The notes under the pieces were generated by a model, which worked only from the letters and a program-made list of their open reading frames with translations, was not told where the DNA came from and ran no database searches. The position numbers were made by a program, and so were the translations under genes. A DNA stretch of 62,089 nucleotides from an uncultured bacterium (GTDB lineage: Bacteria > Patescibacteriota > Minisyncoccia > Phycocordibacterales > PALSA-1337). Below are positions 44,611-53,012 of the stretch, one piece after another; within the stretch, counting starts at the first letter, position 1, and every line of letters begins with the position of its first letter. The stretch is from the NCBI GenBank assembly GCA_903902315.1, contig CAIUUK010000013.1, positions 1-62,089 on the forward strand. The letters run 5' to 3'.

Positions 44611-44729
44611 GGGCTAGCCAGAATCGAACTTTTGATATGGTTGAGCTGTGATATTACAAATTTGTTGAATTAGGCTATAGGGAATTGAACTTTGGAAAAT
44701 TGAGTTAGTTCGATTCTCGGTAGGCCTAC
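44611..44729. repeat. Degenerate tRNA-His 3'-end copies, one inverted and one direct
   Basis: The reverse complement of 44611-44630 is GTTCGATTCTGGCTAGCCC. 44707-44729 reads AGTTCGATTCTCGGTAGGCCTAC. The tRNA-His end is GAGTTCGATTCTCTCTAGCCACC. Confidence 0.5.
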
Positions 44730-44818
44730 TATTGACAGATATACATTAAATATGCTATAAAATTAGCGTAGGTGATTTTTTGCAAAAAAACAACAATCAA
44801 CCAAATAGAACTTTGAAT

Positions 44819-45112
44819 ATGAAACTATCGAATGAAGAAATGGCCGAAGCGATTAATTTGCTCGGAATCCTCCATGAAGGTGGCTCAATTCGCTACTTCG
44901 CTGTGGCTGGTGGGCAAGCGGTGCACGGAAAAGATGGCAAACCAATGCCTTCAGAAAAATGCTCAATCACAGTCTTCCTTGATTTACGGGAGAATGGGAT
45001 GATCGAAATGACTGAACGAAACGTCATGGGGTATCCATACTATGCCGATAATCATCGGTCTGATGTCTACAGGATGACCGATGTAGGTCGTGCATTTCTG
45101 GAGAACAAATGA
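44819..45112 (+). CDS. Hypothetical protein
   Basis: ORF-track ORF 44780-45112 with a TTG start. The ATG at 44819 (MKLSNEEMAEA) was preferred. A strong terminator follows. Confidence 0.45.
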   Translation: MKLSNEEMAEAINLLGILHEGGSIRYFAVAGGQAVHGKDGKPMPSEKCSITVFLDLRENGMIEMTERNVMGYPYYADNHRSDVYRMTDVGRAFLENK

Positions 45113-45185
45113 TTCGGGACATCCCTATTTAGCAGGAAGGGAAGTAGGTTTTAATAGAGTTGAAGAACTCTCCAAAATCTCTCAG

Positions 45186-45214
45186 GTCACACTTCGATCA
45201 GTGTGACTTTTTTA
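45186..45214 (+). terminator. Rho-independent terminator
   Basis: GTCACACT tcgatc AGTGTGAC followed by TTTTTT. Confidence 0.7.
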
Positions 45215-45366
45215 TTTTATACATTGTATTCAATGGTGGGGTAGAGTGATGGAATATACACCGTCGCATTACCCCTATCCCTAAACCTAGTTAAAGTAAC
45301 TTCTAAATCTTTCTCAACTAAGCCATCCTATACCACAGTTATAATAACGTTTGGATAGCCACCCCA

Positions 45367-46539
45367 TCAATGTGTATGCTCGAATTCCTCGACTTTGCGC
45401 ATCTCGCCGGCGACGACAGTTGTATCGGCTTGGACAGCTTCTTTTTTCTTCATCAAAAAGAAAATAGCGATCACTGTTGTTATTGGCACAGCGAGAATTA
45501 GTCCGATTGATCCGACCATGGCCCGAATAATCTCGGTGGCGAAGATCTCACGGTTAACGGTCAAGGCAAAGTCGGCACCAGACTGATAGAAAAGCAAAAG
45601 CAGGGGCAAGGAGGCTCCGACATAGGCGATAGCCAGAATATTTACAAGCGCTCCGATATGTTCGCGACCAATGCGCAAAGCACGTTTGAAAATAATAGTG
45701 CGAGGCAGGTGCGGACCGATATGGTGAAGCTCGTCGACGGCAACAGCTTGGCCTATGGCGGCATCATAGAGTACGCCAAGGAGACCGATGAGAATGCCGC
45801 CCATCAAGAGGCCGGCAAAGTCTATGGTCCCGTTGGTATTCATATTTAGATAGACTGATTCATCGCTTGAGAAGCCAGTGAGTTTCGCGCCGTGGATCGA
45901 TATGTACGCCAATACGCCGGTGAATATGATCGTCGCAACCATGCCGACCACGGCCGAGGTGGTCACTCTATTGAATCCGTGTGTGATATACGATCCGAGA
46001 ATGATCATGAGGGACGCTACGCCAATCGACATGAGGATTGGAGAGAATCCGTGAAGTATTCCGGGGAAGAGTACGTATGCGATGACAACAAAACTTAATG
46101 CCAAGGCGATCAATCCTCTGAACCCTTGCTTGCCGCCGAATATGAGTACGCAAAGCACAAATAATCCGACGAGACCATAAAGCCACGGCAGGCGATACGG
46201 ATCAGAGACAGCGTACATATCGAAGCTCTCAAGTGAATCGACGGTGTGCGTAAGGTATACAACGTCACCGGCCTTGAGTTCGATGTAATCATTTTCGACG
46301 CTGACTTCTTTTCCTTGCTCATTGCCGTCGAGAATCTTGACCTGGAGCATCTGATCGAGACTGTTCACATTCGTGCCGGGCACATTTTGACGCTTGGCAC
46401 TCGTGACCTCAACTACCACTGCCTTCATTGTTGTTATCTGGTCAGGGACCAACTGCTGGGCGTGAGTAGTGTTGAATACGAGAAAACTTCCAAATACGAG
46501 AATGGCTAAGGAAAAAATCTGTTTGAATCGGCCTGTCAT
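45367..46539 (-). CDS. YibE/F-family membrane protein
   Basis: Signal/TM, an extracytoplasmic N-terminal domain, then multi-pass YibE/F-like helices (GKQGFRGLIALALSF..., LYDAAIGQAVAVDEL). Confidence 0.75.
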   Translation of the reverse strand: MTGRFKQIFSLAILVFGSFLVFNTTHAQQLVPDQITTMKAVVVEVTSAKRQNVPGTNVNSLDQMLQVKILDGNEQGKEVSVENDYIELKAGDVVYLTHTVDSLESFDMYAVSDPYRLPWLYGLVGLFVLCVLIFGGKQGFRGLIALALSFVVIAYVLFPGILHGFSPILMSIGVASLMIILGSYITHGFNRVTTSAVVGMVATIIFTGVLAYISIHGAKLTGFSSDESVYLNMNTNGTIDFAGLLMGGILIGLLGVLYDAAIGQAVAVDELHHIGPHLPRTIIFKRALRIGREHIGALVNILAIAYVGASLPLLLLFYQSGADFALTVNREIFATEIIRAMVGSIGLILAVPITTVIAIFFLMKKKEAVQADTTVVAGEMRKVEEFEHTH

Positions 46540-46617
46540 AATGTCAAGTATACCAGAGAATTTTCATTAAAAAACTCTGCAACCCATAAAATGAATTGCA
46601 GAGTGCGAACGTGTCTT

Positions 46618-48150
46618 TCAGACAGCCTCCCATCGTACTAACCAGGTACTGTTTCCCGATGCCAACTGACGGCAGTGAGCGAGAGTCTGATCAGCTTCGA
46701 TCTGACTAATCTCTCCGCGACTGAGACCCCAATCAAGAGATTCCTTGACGAGTTCAGGCCGTTCCTCGGCTAGCTCATCATTGAATCCGAACTTGGTAAG
46801 TCCAAGCAGTCCCTCGACAAGAATCTCCACCGGCCTTACCCGAATGGCTTGGCCAAGCAGATCATCGCCGACTAGCTCTGGATAGTGGATAGAGAAGTAA
46901 AAGAGCGTAATCCCCAACCTCCGTTTCCAATAGGCCAGGTCCTCAGCGGGGACGTCCCATTGCCGTGCCCGAAGGAGCAGGAAAGATTTGATACGCCATG
47001 ATACGAAGCTTCGGACCGCTTCAGCTTTGACCTCGATCGGAACATGGTCCCGCAAGGAAAGCTGAAAAGCGGCATCGGCCTCCCAGTCAACACGCAATCG
47101 GCCTGATGATGACACTGTTCCCGCTTCATTATACAGACCAAGGAGCCACTGTATGGCTTTGAGTGTGTCATCGAGAGGTGCCTCATGCTTTCGCATGAGT
47201 CCCTTTTTCGTCTCGTCGCTTGGCGTTACATCAATTGCGATGCCAGCGAATGCCGATTGATCCCATTCTTCCGTGGCGATGAAGTTGCCATAAGGTTCTT
47301 CCGGCGTTGATTCTCCGAGCTCGAAAGAACCTTGAACAAGATCGAACCTTTGTCCGTCGACCACACCCTTAGCTCTTACGAGCTTGTCGAGGTATGGTGC
47401 AATGGCTTCGGCCAACTGCTCAAGCTTCGCATCTTTCCGTATTCGGATGGTCGTCGTGTGGACGCCGTGGTCCGTATGCGTATGGACGTGGTGCTCATGG
47501 TTATGGCCGTGATGACTTCCGCAGTTGCAGCGCGGCTTGATTAATACAGTGAGCGTTTCTTCTTGGCGGACTGCGAGCAGAGAATCGACGACTTCCTCTG
47601 GCAACGAGTCTCTCGTTATGAGTGACACTTTTCTGCCACGGGCATTCCCGATGTGGCGAAGATCTTCCGCCAATCGTTCATCCAGGATATTCACGAGAGC
47701 TGGCATGTGGTCATACCACGTGAGACCGATAATGTCTGCCACGGCAATCTGGCTCTCCATCACTCCGAGCGCATGATTGCGTGCGGCGTGTCGTATGTCG
47801 TAGAGGCACAGAATCTTTCCGGGAATCTCCGCTCTCGCAAGCGCGTCCCTGATTTCCTTGCCGTCAGCGATGCCGGTTGGCTCGATAATGACTGTGTCGA
47901 CCTGCTTAGTCTTCGCCTCGTTCAAGATGGCGAGAAATGACGGCAGGTCACTGCATCCGATGCATCCGGCAGTGAGCGGACGAATCTCTCCTACGGTTTT
48001 GATCCTTGTAGCATCGACATTGACGTTGCCGACATCGTTCACCACGACGAGCGTAGTGCCGAGGTCGACGCCGCTCGCGAGCAAGTTATTGACTACGGTT
48101 GTTTTGCCGGACCCTAACGATCCGATGACGGCTATGGCTTTCGTTTTCAA
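46618..48150 (-). CDS. COG0523/CobW-family G3E GTPase metallochaperone with a His-rich tract and a C-terminal extension of about 200 aa
   Basis: GSLGSGKTT P-loop, GCIGCS in place of the CxCC metal motif, EPTGIADG, CNCGSHHGHNHEHHVHTHTDHGVH, a CobW_C-like segment, and then an unassigned domain. Confidence 0.85.
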   Translation of the reverse strand: MKTKAIAVIGSLGSGKTTVVNNLLASGVDLGTTLVVVNDVGNVNVDATRIKTVGEIRPLTAGCIGCSDLPSFLAILNEAKTKQVDTVIIEPTGIADGKEIRDALARAEIPGKILCLYDIRHAARNHALGVMESQIAVADIIGLTWYDHMPALVNILDERLAEDLRHIGNARGRKVSLITRDSLPEEVVDSLLAVRQEETLTVLIKPRCNCGSHHGHNHEHHVHTHTDHGVHTTTIRIRKDAKLEQLAEAIAPYLDKLVRAKGVVDGQRFDLVQGSFELGESTPEEPYGNFIATEEWDQSAFAGIAIDVTPSDETKKGLMRKHEAPLDDTLKAIQWLLGLYNEAGTVSSSGRLRVDWEADAAFQLSLRDHVPIEVKAEAVRSFVSWRIKSFLLLRARQWDVPAEDLAYWKRRLGITLFYFSIHYPELVGDDLLGQAIRVRPVEILVEGLLGLTKFGFNDELAEERPELVKESLDWGLSRGEISQIEADQTLAHCRQLASGNSTWLVRWEAV

Positions 48151-48250
48151 ATCACACCTCCGTTTGTTGTTGGTTTGTTAAAGAGCACAGTTGAAAGAAC
48201 AATGTAGGGCGACACATATCACCCTTGTAAGCGGACAATTGTTTACCCGC

Positions 48251-49564
48251 TTACAAGGAAGATATGACCTTCTCGTATTCCTTTTCCAATCCTTGAGGCA
48301 AAGGCATGTCTCCGCAAATTCCGGCCTTCCTGAATCTTTTTATGACTTCGCGGATATTCTTCTCTGGCTGGCCGAGAACGAAACGGACCCAGTGATTCAG
48401 GCGATGTCCGTGGTTCGATCCTGGACGGAGGAGCACGTGTGCATTCTTGAGCACATGATATGTGAATATGTGGTCAGGGAGCACTCGCTTCGATGCGGCG
48501 AAGCTTTCCGGAACATGCAGGAAGAAGTTAACGCCGGATGGTGGGACCTGCACTTTGAAGCCAAGAGAGCTCAAACCGTCGGTGAGCGTCTTCATCCTCT
48601 TTTGCAGAGTCTTTCTTGCCATATCCATATCGATGCGCGGCAATGTAAGCTCGGCAAGGAATCGGGTGACTGGAGAGCTCATTTCCAGACTCAAGCGCTG
48701 GAATCTTTTCAAGCCGCCAACGATGTTCTCCTGACCAACAATGAAGCCTATGCGCAATCCAGGCGCTCCAATCTCCTTTGTCATGGTGAAAAGGAAAAGA
48801 CAGTGCTTTCGTAAAAGGGGGATCGTGAGCGGCAGCCAAGGCTTCGAATCCAATCCGTAGCTTGTATACCAGGAATCGATGTCGATGACGCCAAGCACGT
48901 CATATTTTTGAAGAAGCCGAGCAAGCTTTAGATAATATGAATGTGGGATCTGCTTCACAGGCTTGGTGTGATAGATGTAAACGCAGGAGATATCTCCGGC
49001 GTGCCGCTTGAGCTGTCGGTCCAACGTTTCGAGATTGAGCAGGCCAGTCTCAAGTATCGCAGGGATTTCGATTACTTTCTTACCGAGGCTGGCGAAGCAT
49101 GCCTTATTGATCTGATGTATCAGTTCTGGCGCAAGGACATATTTTCCTTGCCGTGAGAGCAGGATTGTCTTATATGATCCGTACACTCCGCTCGGTGATA
49201 CCGCTACCTCATCAAGCCTGATCGATATACCGGTCCAGCGTTTCAGGAAGGCTGAGAATGCTTTCTCCAGGCCGAAATCGCGCTGGATGAGATACGGATA
49301 TGAATGGAATTTTTCCAAGAGATGAGCCAGTTCTTTCTTCACGACGGCTCCAAGCTTCCGTTCAGTGGTATCGTGGAAAAGGTTCATTGAAGTGGCCGAG
49401 CTTATATCGATGACCTCCTTGCCTCGTCCGAGGCGCTCGATCAATTTCCGCTCTTTAATATTTCCAGTGAGAAAATCCGACTCGATAGCATCCAATACGG
49501 CCGTCATCTTATCAGACGCGGTGGCTTTGCGGACATGTGGGGTGTTAGTGAGTAGGTGACTCAT
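48251..49564 (-). CDS. PLP-dependent aminotransferase-fold protein (class I/II-like)
   Basis: FTMTKEIGAPGLRIGF matches the S-x-S-K....G.R.G Schiff-base lysine context. The start was set at the MSHLLTN Met at 49564. Confidence 0.6.
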   Translation of the reverse strand: MSHLLTNTPHVRKATASDKMTAVLDAIESDFLTGNIKERKLIERLGRGKEVIDISSATSMNLFHDTTERKLGAVVKKELAHLLEKFHSYPYLIQRDFGLEKAFSAFLKRWTGISIRLDEVAVSPSGVYGSYKTILLSRQGKYVLAPELIHQINKACFASLGKKVIEIPAILETGLLNLETLDRQLKRHAGDISCVYIYHTKPVKQIPHSYYLKLARLLQKYDVLGVIDIDSWYTSYGLDSKPWLPLTIPLLRKHCLFLFTMTKEIGAPGLRIGFIVGQENIVGGLKRFQRLSLEMSSPVTRFLAELTLPRIDMDMARKTLQKRMKTLTDGLSSLGFKVQVPPSGVNFFLHVPESFAASKRVLPDHIFTYHVLKNAHVLLRPGSNHGHRLNHWVRFVLGQPEKNIREVIKRFRKAGICGDMPLPQGLEKEYEKVISSL

Positions 49565-49647
49565 AGGTGCAATATACTTGCATTTGCATAGTACACAAAA
49601 TACGTTCTTGTTGCAAATTATTAACATTTAGCTTATGATACTTCTAT

Positions 49648-50061
49648 ATGTCAAAAGACTTTCCTGGCTTACTTAAAGAGAAGGGGCTGAAGAATACACC
49701 TACGAGAAGGGCGATTCTTGATGTCTTTTCGGCCGACTGCAAGCCGATCAATGCCGAATATATTCACGAGAAGCTGAAGAAATCCGATATTAATCTAGTG
49801 ACTATTTACCGTACCCTCGAATCTTTTGAGGAGGCTGGTATTTTGAAGCGTGTCAGTTTAAACAAAGCATCATCATATTACGAGCTTGCCGCAAATCATC
49901 ACCATCACCTGATCTGTACGAATTGTGGGACCGTCGAAGGTTTTAAGGAATGCGACATTGGCGATGTCTCGCGCAAAGCTTTGAAGGATTCAAAATTTCA
50001 GACCGTTAGCGGTCATTCACTGGAGCTTTTCGGAAAGTGCAAGAAGTGTGCGAAGGCATGA
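49648..50061 (+). CDS. zur: Fur-family metalloregulator, probably Zur
   Basis: TPTRRAILDVF wHTH, HHHHLICTNCG and CKKC structural Zn site. It is divergent from the COG0523 operon. Confidence 0.8.
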   Translation: MSKDFPGLLKEKGLKNTPTRRAILDVFSADCKPINAEYIHEKLKKSDINLVTIYRTLESFEEAGILKRVSLNKASSYYELAANHHHHLICTNCGTVEGFKECDIGDVSRKALKDSKFQTVSGHSLELFGKCKKCAKA

Positions 50062-50114
50062 AGTTCGCAAAATGGGGAAGTATGATCAAAAGTGTTTTTT
50101 TGACATTTTTTCGC

Positions 50115-50233
50115 TCAAACTGCAGCCACTTTTTCGGCATCCTGAAACTGCTGAATAAGCCTTAGTTTTTCTCGTATTCCGCACAAATATTCGTGGTCAC
50201 AAAGTACCGTCATAAATGCATACCTATCATGAC
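50115..50233 (-). repeat. Repeat segment A: 32-codon ORF plus a conserved 20-mer, paralogous to 51792-51935
   Basis: The reverse-strand ORF MTVLCDHEYLCGIREKLRLIQQF... aligns with LTTLADHEYMRGIQEKVALIKAF... of segment B. AAATGCATACCTATCATGAC at 50214-50233 differs from AAATGCGTACCTATCATGAC at 51912-51931 at one position. Confidence 0.5.
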
Positions 50234-50305
50234 ACTGAAGTTAGTATTTATGACATAAGTTTACAGTATAGTGTAAACTGTAAACTTTCGTGATATGATA
50301 ATTTC

Positions 50306-51283
50306 ATGAAGAAAATAAGAATGAAGCAGAGGATAATCGATTATATCAAGGAAAAAGGTCAATCGAGTGCGGATGAGATGACTAATTTTTTTGGCATATC
50401 CAGACAGATCATTCATCGCCACCTCTCTCAGTTGGTAAAAGCCGACTTCATCTATAGGATCGGCAAACCGCCTAAAGTTTATTATTTGATCAGCAAAGAG
50501 GGGACGGTTAAAAATGACGACACCGTGTCTGACAGTCTAAAAAAGATTATCAACGAAAATTACTTGGTGATCACCCCTTCTGGGGAACAAAAAGAAGGGT
50601 GGGATGGTTTCGTATATTGGTGTGACAAACAGAAATTGCCCGTAGAAAAGACCGCTATTGAATACGAACGGACTCTGAAGAAATATGCGCCGTACAAAAA
50701 AGATGGACTTATCGACGGCATGTACAAGATAAAACATACGTTCGATCATATCTATCTCGACAAAGTTTTCTACCTCGATTTCTACAGCATAGAGCGTTTT
50801 GGTAAGACGAGACTTGGTCAGTTGCTTCTCTATGCAAAGCAAAGCCAGAATAAAGATCTGATTCGCGAGCTTGTTGTACAGATAAAACCGAAGATCGATA
50901 CGCTGCTCAAAAAGTTCGCCATAGACGCCGTTGGGTATATTCCGCCGACTGTGCGGCGTGAGGTCCAGCTCATGAAAGAGCTTGAGAGGCAACTCAATCT
51001 TTCCGTGCCGAGTGTCAATCTCGTGAAGGTGAAAACGCCTATTGCCGTGCCACAGAAAACCCTGACAAAACTTGAGGATCGCGTCGAAAATGCGAAGAAT
51101 ACTATAGTCGTTGATGATACCCATACCTATGAGACATTGCTTTTGATAGATGACGCGCTCGGTTCCGGTTCGACATTGAACGAGACGGCGCAAAAGATAA
51201 AAAAGCAGGGATTGGCAAAAACGATTATAGGTTTGGCGATCACTGGAAGTTTCAGCGGATTCGAAGTGATAAGCGAAGTGTAA
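50306..51283 (+). CDS. Winged-helix HTH fused to a ComF-type phosphoribosyltransferase domain
   Basis: N-terminal SADEMTNFFGISRQIIHRHLSQLVKADFIYRIGKPPKVYY. The C-terminal PRPP loop is LLLIDDALGSGSTLNE, preceded by the ComF-like R..N region. Confidence 0.65.
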   Translation: MKKIRMKQRIIDYIKEKGQSSADEMTNFFGISRQIIHRHLSQLVKADFIYRIGKPPKVYYLISKEGTVKNDDTVSDSLKKIINENYLVITPSGEQKEGWDGFVYWCDKQKLPVEKTAIEYERTLKKYAPYKKDGLIDGMYKIKHTFDHIYLDKVFYLDFYSIERFGKTRLGQLLLYAKQSQNKDLIRELVVQIKPKIDTLLKKFAIDAVGYIPPTVRREVQLMKELERQLNLSVPSVNLVKVKTPIAVPQKTLTKLEDRVENAKNTIVVDDTHTYETLLLIDDALGSGSTLNETAQKIKKQGLAKTIIGLAITGSFSGFEVISEV

Positions 51284-51314
51284 AATTGATTGCTGTTAAC
51301 TTCTTAGTAATATC

Positions 51315-51797
51315 ATGATCGGTAAGGAATTATTTGTTATAAAAAATGGAAGGTTTGGCAAGCTCGTTTGTGCGAACAAATTTTTCGAGAAAGGCCAAAA
51401 GATTTTGGATTTCTCGGGCCCAGTTCTTTTGCGTTCTGAGTTACCAGAAAATATAGCGACTCCAGAAGACGACAGATTTCTACAGGTTGGCATAAATTTA
51501 TTTATAGGTCCTTCTGGTGGCGTAGATGATCTTATAAATCACTCTTGTGAGCCGAACTCGGCGGTGATGATAAAAGACAAAAATGCATCATTATTCGCAA
51601 TAAAAGATATACAATCGGGAGATGAGATAACATACGATTATTCACTCCAGATGAATGACGAGCAGTGGACAATGCAATGTCGATGCGGTGCTAAATGCTG
51701 CAGACTTGTCATCAAGGAATACAGATTCATTCCTGAATCACTGAAAGACCATTATCTAAAACTAGGTTTTGTTCCTGACTACAATCGAGGTTTATAG
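51315..51797 (+). CDS. SET-domain protein, putative lysine methyltransferase
   Basis: NHSCEPN, GDEITYDY and a post-SET Cys cluster CRCGAKCC. Confidence 0.8.
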   Translation: MIGKELFVIKNGRFGKLVCANKFFEKGQKILDFSGPVLLRSELPENIATPEDDRFLQVGINLFIGPSGGVDDLINHSCEPNSAVMIKDKNASLFAIKDIQSGDEITYDYSLQMNDEQWTMQCRCGAKCCRLVIKEYRFIPESLKDHYLKLGFVPDYNRGL

Positions 51798-51935
51798 TTG
51801 GCAGCCTGGATGGCCTGAAGTGAGTTGTTTACCGTCTCGGATAAAAGCCTTGATCAGAGCCACTTTTTCCTGAATTCCCCGCATGTATTCATGGTCTGCA
51901 AGCGTGGTAAGAAATGCGTACCTATCATGACCCCA
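51792..51935 (-). repeat. Repeat segment B, paralog of segment A; it lacks the equivalent start codon
   Basis: See segment A. The ATG of A corresponds to CTT here. The frame is open from 51935 to the stop at 51792-51794. Confidence 0.5.
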
Positions 51936-51990
51936 CTAAATCTAGAGTAGTTAGTTCAACAATAGTTATAATTTGTGTATACTACAGGAT

Positions 51991-52290
51991 ATGAAAAAAC
52001 TTATTCAAGAATTCCTTATATTTTTACACGAATACAAAATAGTTTCGCTCGCTATAGCCTTTGTTATGGGTACAGCAGCAACAGGTTTAGTCAATTCTTT
52101 TGTGAATGATGTTTTTATGCCACTTATTTCACCGCTCATTGGCACCTCTGGTTCGTGGCGAGGTGCAGTGCTTCGAATGGGTCATATCCAAGTAATGTAT
52201 GGTAATTTTATCGGCCAATTGGTTAATTTCGTAGTTATTGCGGCAGTTATTTTTCTGGTAGTAAAGTATTTCTTTGCTGAGAGAAAATAA
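51991..52290 (+). CDS. mscL: Large-conductance mechanosensitive channel MscL
   Basis: MKKLIQEFLIFLHEYKIVSLAIAFVMGTAATGLVNSFVNDVFMPLI is the MscL N-terminus/TM1 signature. Confidence 0.9.
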   Translation: MKKLIQEFLIFLHEYKIVSLAIAFVMGTAATGLVNSFVNDVFMPLISPLIGTSGSWRGAVLRMGHIQVMYGNFIGQLVNFVVIAAVIFLVVKYFFAERK

Positions 52291-52343
52291 AACCACTTAC
52301 TCTAGGTTGTTTTTTGTTCGTTTTTGCGTGATATAATACAAAC

Positions 52344-53012
52344 ATGTTACAAATTGGAAAAGCGCAAAACATGGGCAAAAAAACATTTATGCTGATTTTG
52401 ACCAGGAGAACCACTCTTGGGTTTGTTTTGCTTTTGACAACAATTATAATAGCTTCGCTAGAATCAGCCATTTCTTCTGGAATAGTCGGCATGATGTCAC
52501 TCGGAGGCTCACCAAGTCATGGTGCTGTAGCAAGTATTGCCGGAGCAGTTTCGACTCTATGTGTTATGGCTTTGCTTGCAAGTATTATTTTGATTATGGT
52601 CGGTATAATCATTGCTTTGATTCAATATCGTAATCATGTATTTCTTTTAGATGAATTTAGTCTGAAATTCCGCCGAGGAATTATAGACAAAATGGAAGTG
52701 TCTATACCTTATAGACAGATCCAAGACATGAACATCGTTCGCACACTTCAACATAGATTGTTTGGTGTTAGTCGACTCATTATGATTACGGCTGGTCGAG
52801 AAGATTCACAAGATCATAACGAAGCCGATACAGTATTTGATCCTATAGATGCTGAGCTGGCTGTTGAAATAAGGGTCTATCTAGAAAGAAAAATAGGTGT
52901 TCAGGTTATTGAGAGAATGGTACAAGCTGATAAAGAAGAAAAAGTTGAAGAACAGGTGACAAATCCTATAAGTTCAGTGAGTGCAACACCAGATCAACAA
53001 AGCCATGCGTAA
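52344..53012 (+). CDS. Membrane protein with a bacterial PH (bPH_2/YdbT-like) domain
   Basis: TM segments followed by FSLKFRRGIIDKMEVSIPYRQIQDMNIVRTLQHRLFGVSRLIMITAG. Confidence 0.6.
   Translation: MLQIGKAQNMGKKTFMLILTRRTTLGFVLLLTTIIIASLESAISSGIVGMMSLGGSPSHGAVASIAGAVSTLCVMALLASIILIMVGIIIALIQYRNHVFLLDEFSLKFRRGIIDKMEVSIPYRQIQDMNIVRTLQHRLFGVSRLIMITAGREDSQDHNEADTVFDPIDAELAVEIRVYLERKIGVQVIERMVQADKEEKVEEQVTNPISSVSATPDQQSHA

Larger units (their letters stand above)
33114..44730. mobile_element. Genomic island adjoining tRNA-His; possibly composite, with a zinc-ribbon operon plus a serine-recombinase element
   Basis: It starts at the tRNA-His 3' end and ends at degenerate tRNA-His 3'-end copies at 44611-44630 (inverted) and 44707-44729 (direct). 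It contains a recombinase and replication-like genes. Nearly all genes lack housekeeping identity. Confidence 0.45.

Noticed and set aside
44661-44729. Intact tRNA on the plus strand (TAGGCTATAGGG…GTTCGATTCTCGGTAGGCCTA)
   Set aside because: Acceptor strands do not pair without an extra base, and the T stem cannot form. It is interpreted as a degenerate tRNA-His-derived repeat.
45234-45275. Independent tRNA gene on the reverse strand (…GGGGTA…TACCCCACCA)
   Set aside because: Only a 6-bp acceptor-like stem and an ACCA end are present. No D, anticodon or T arms can be folded. It is kept only as a possible att-site or tRNA remnant marking the G+C boundary.
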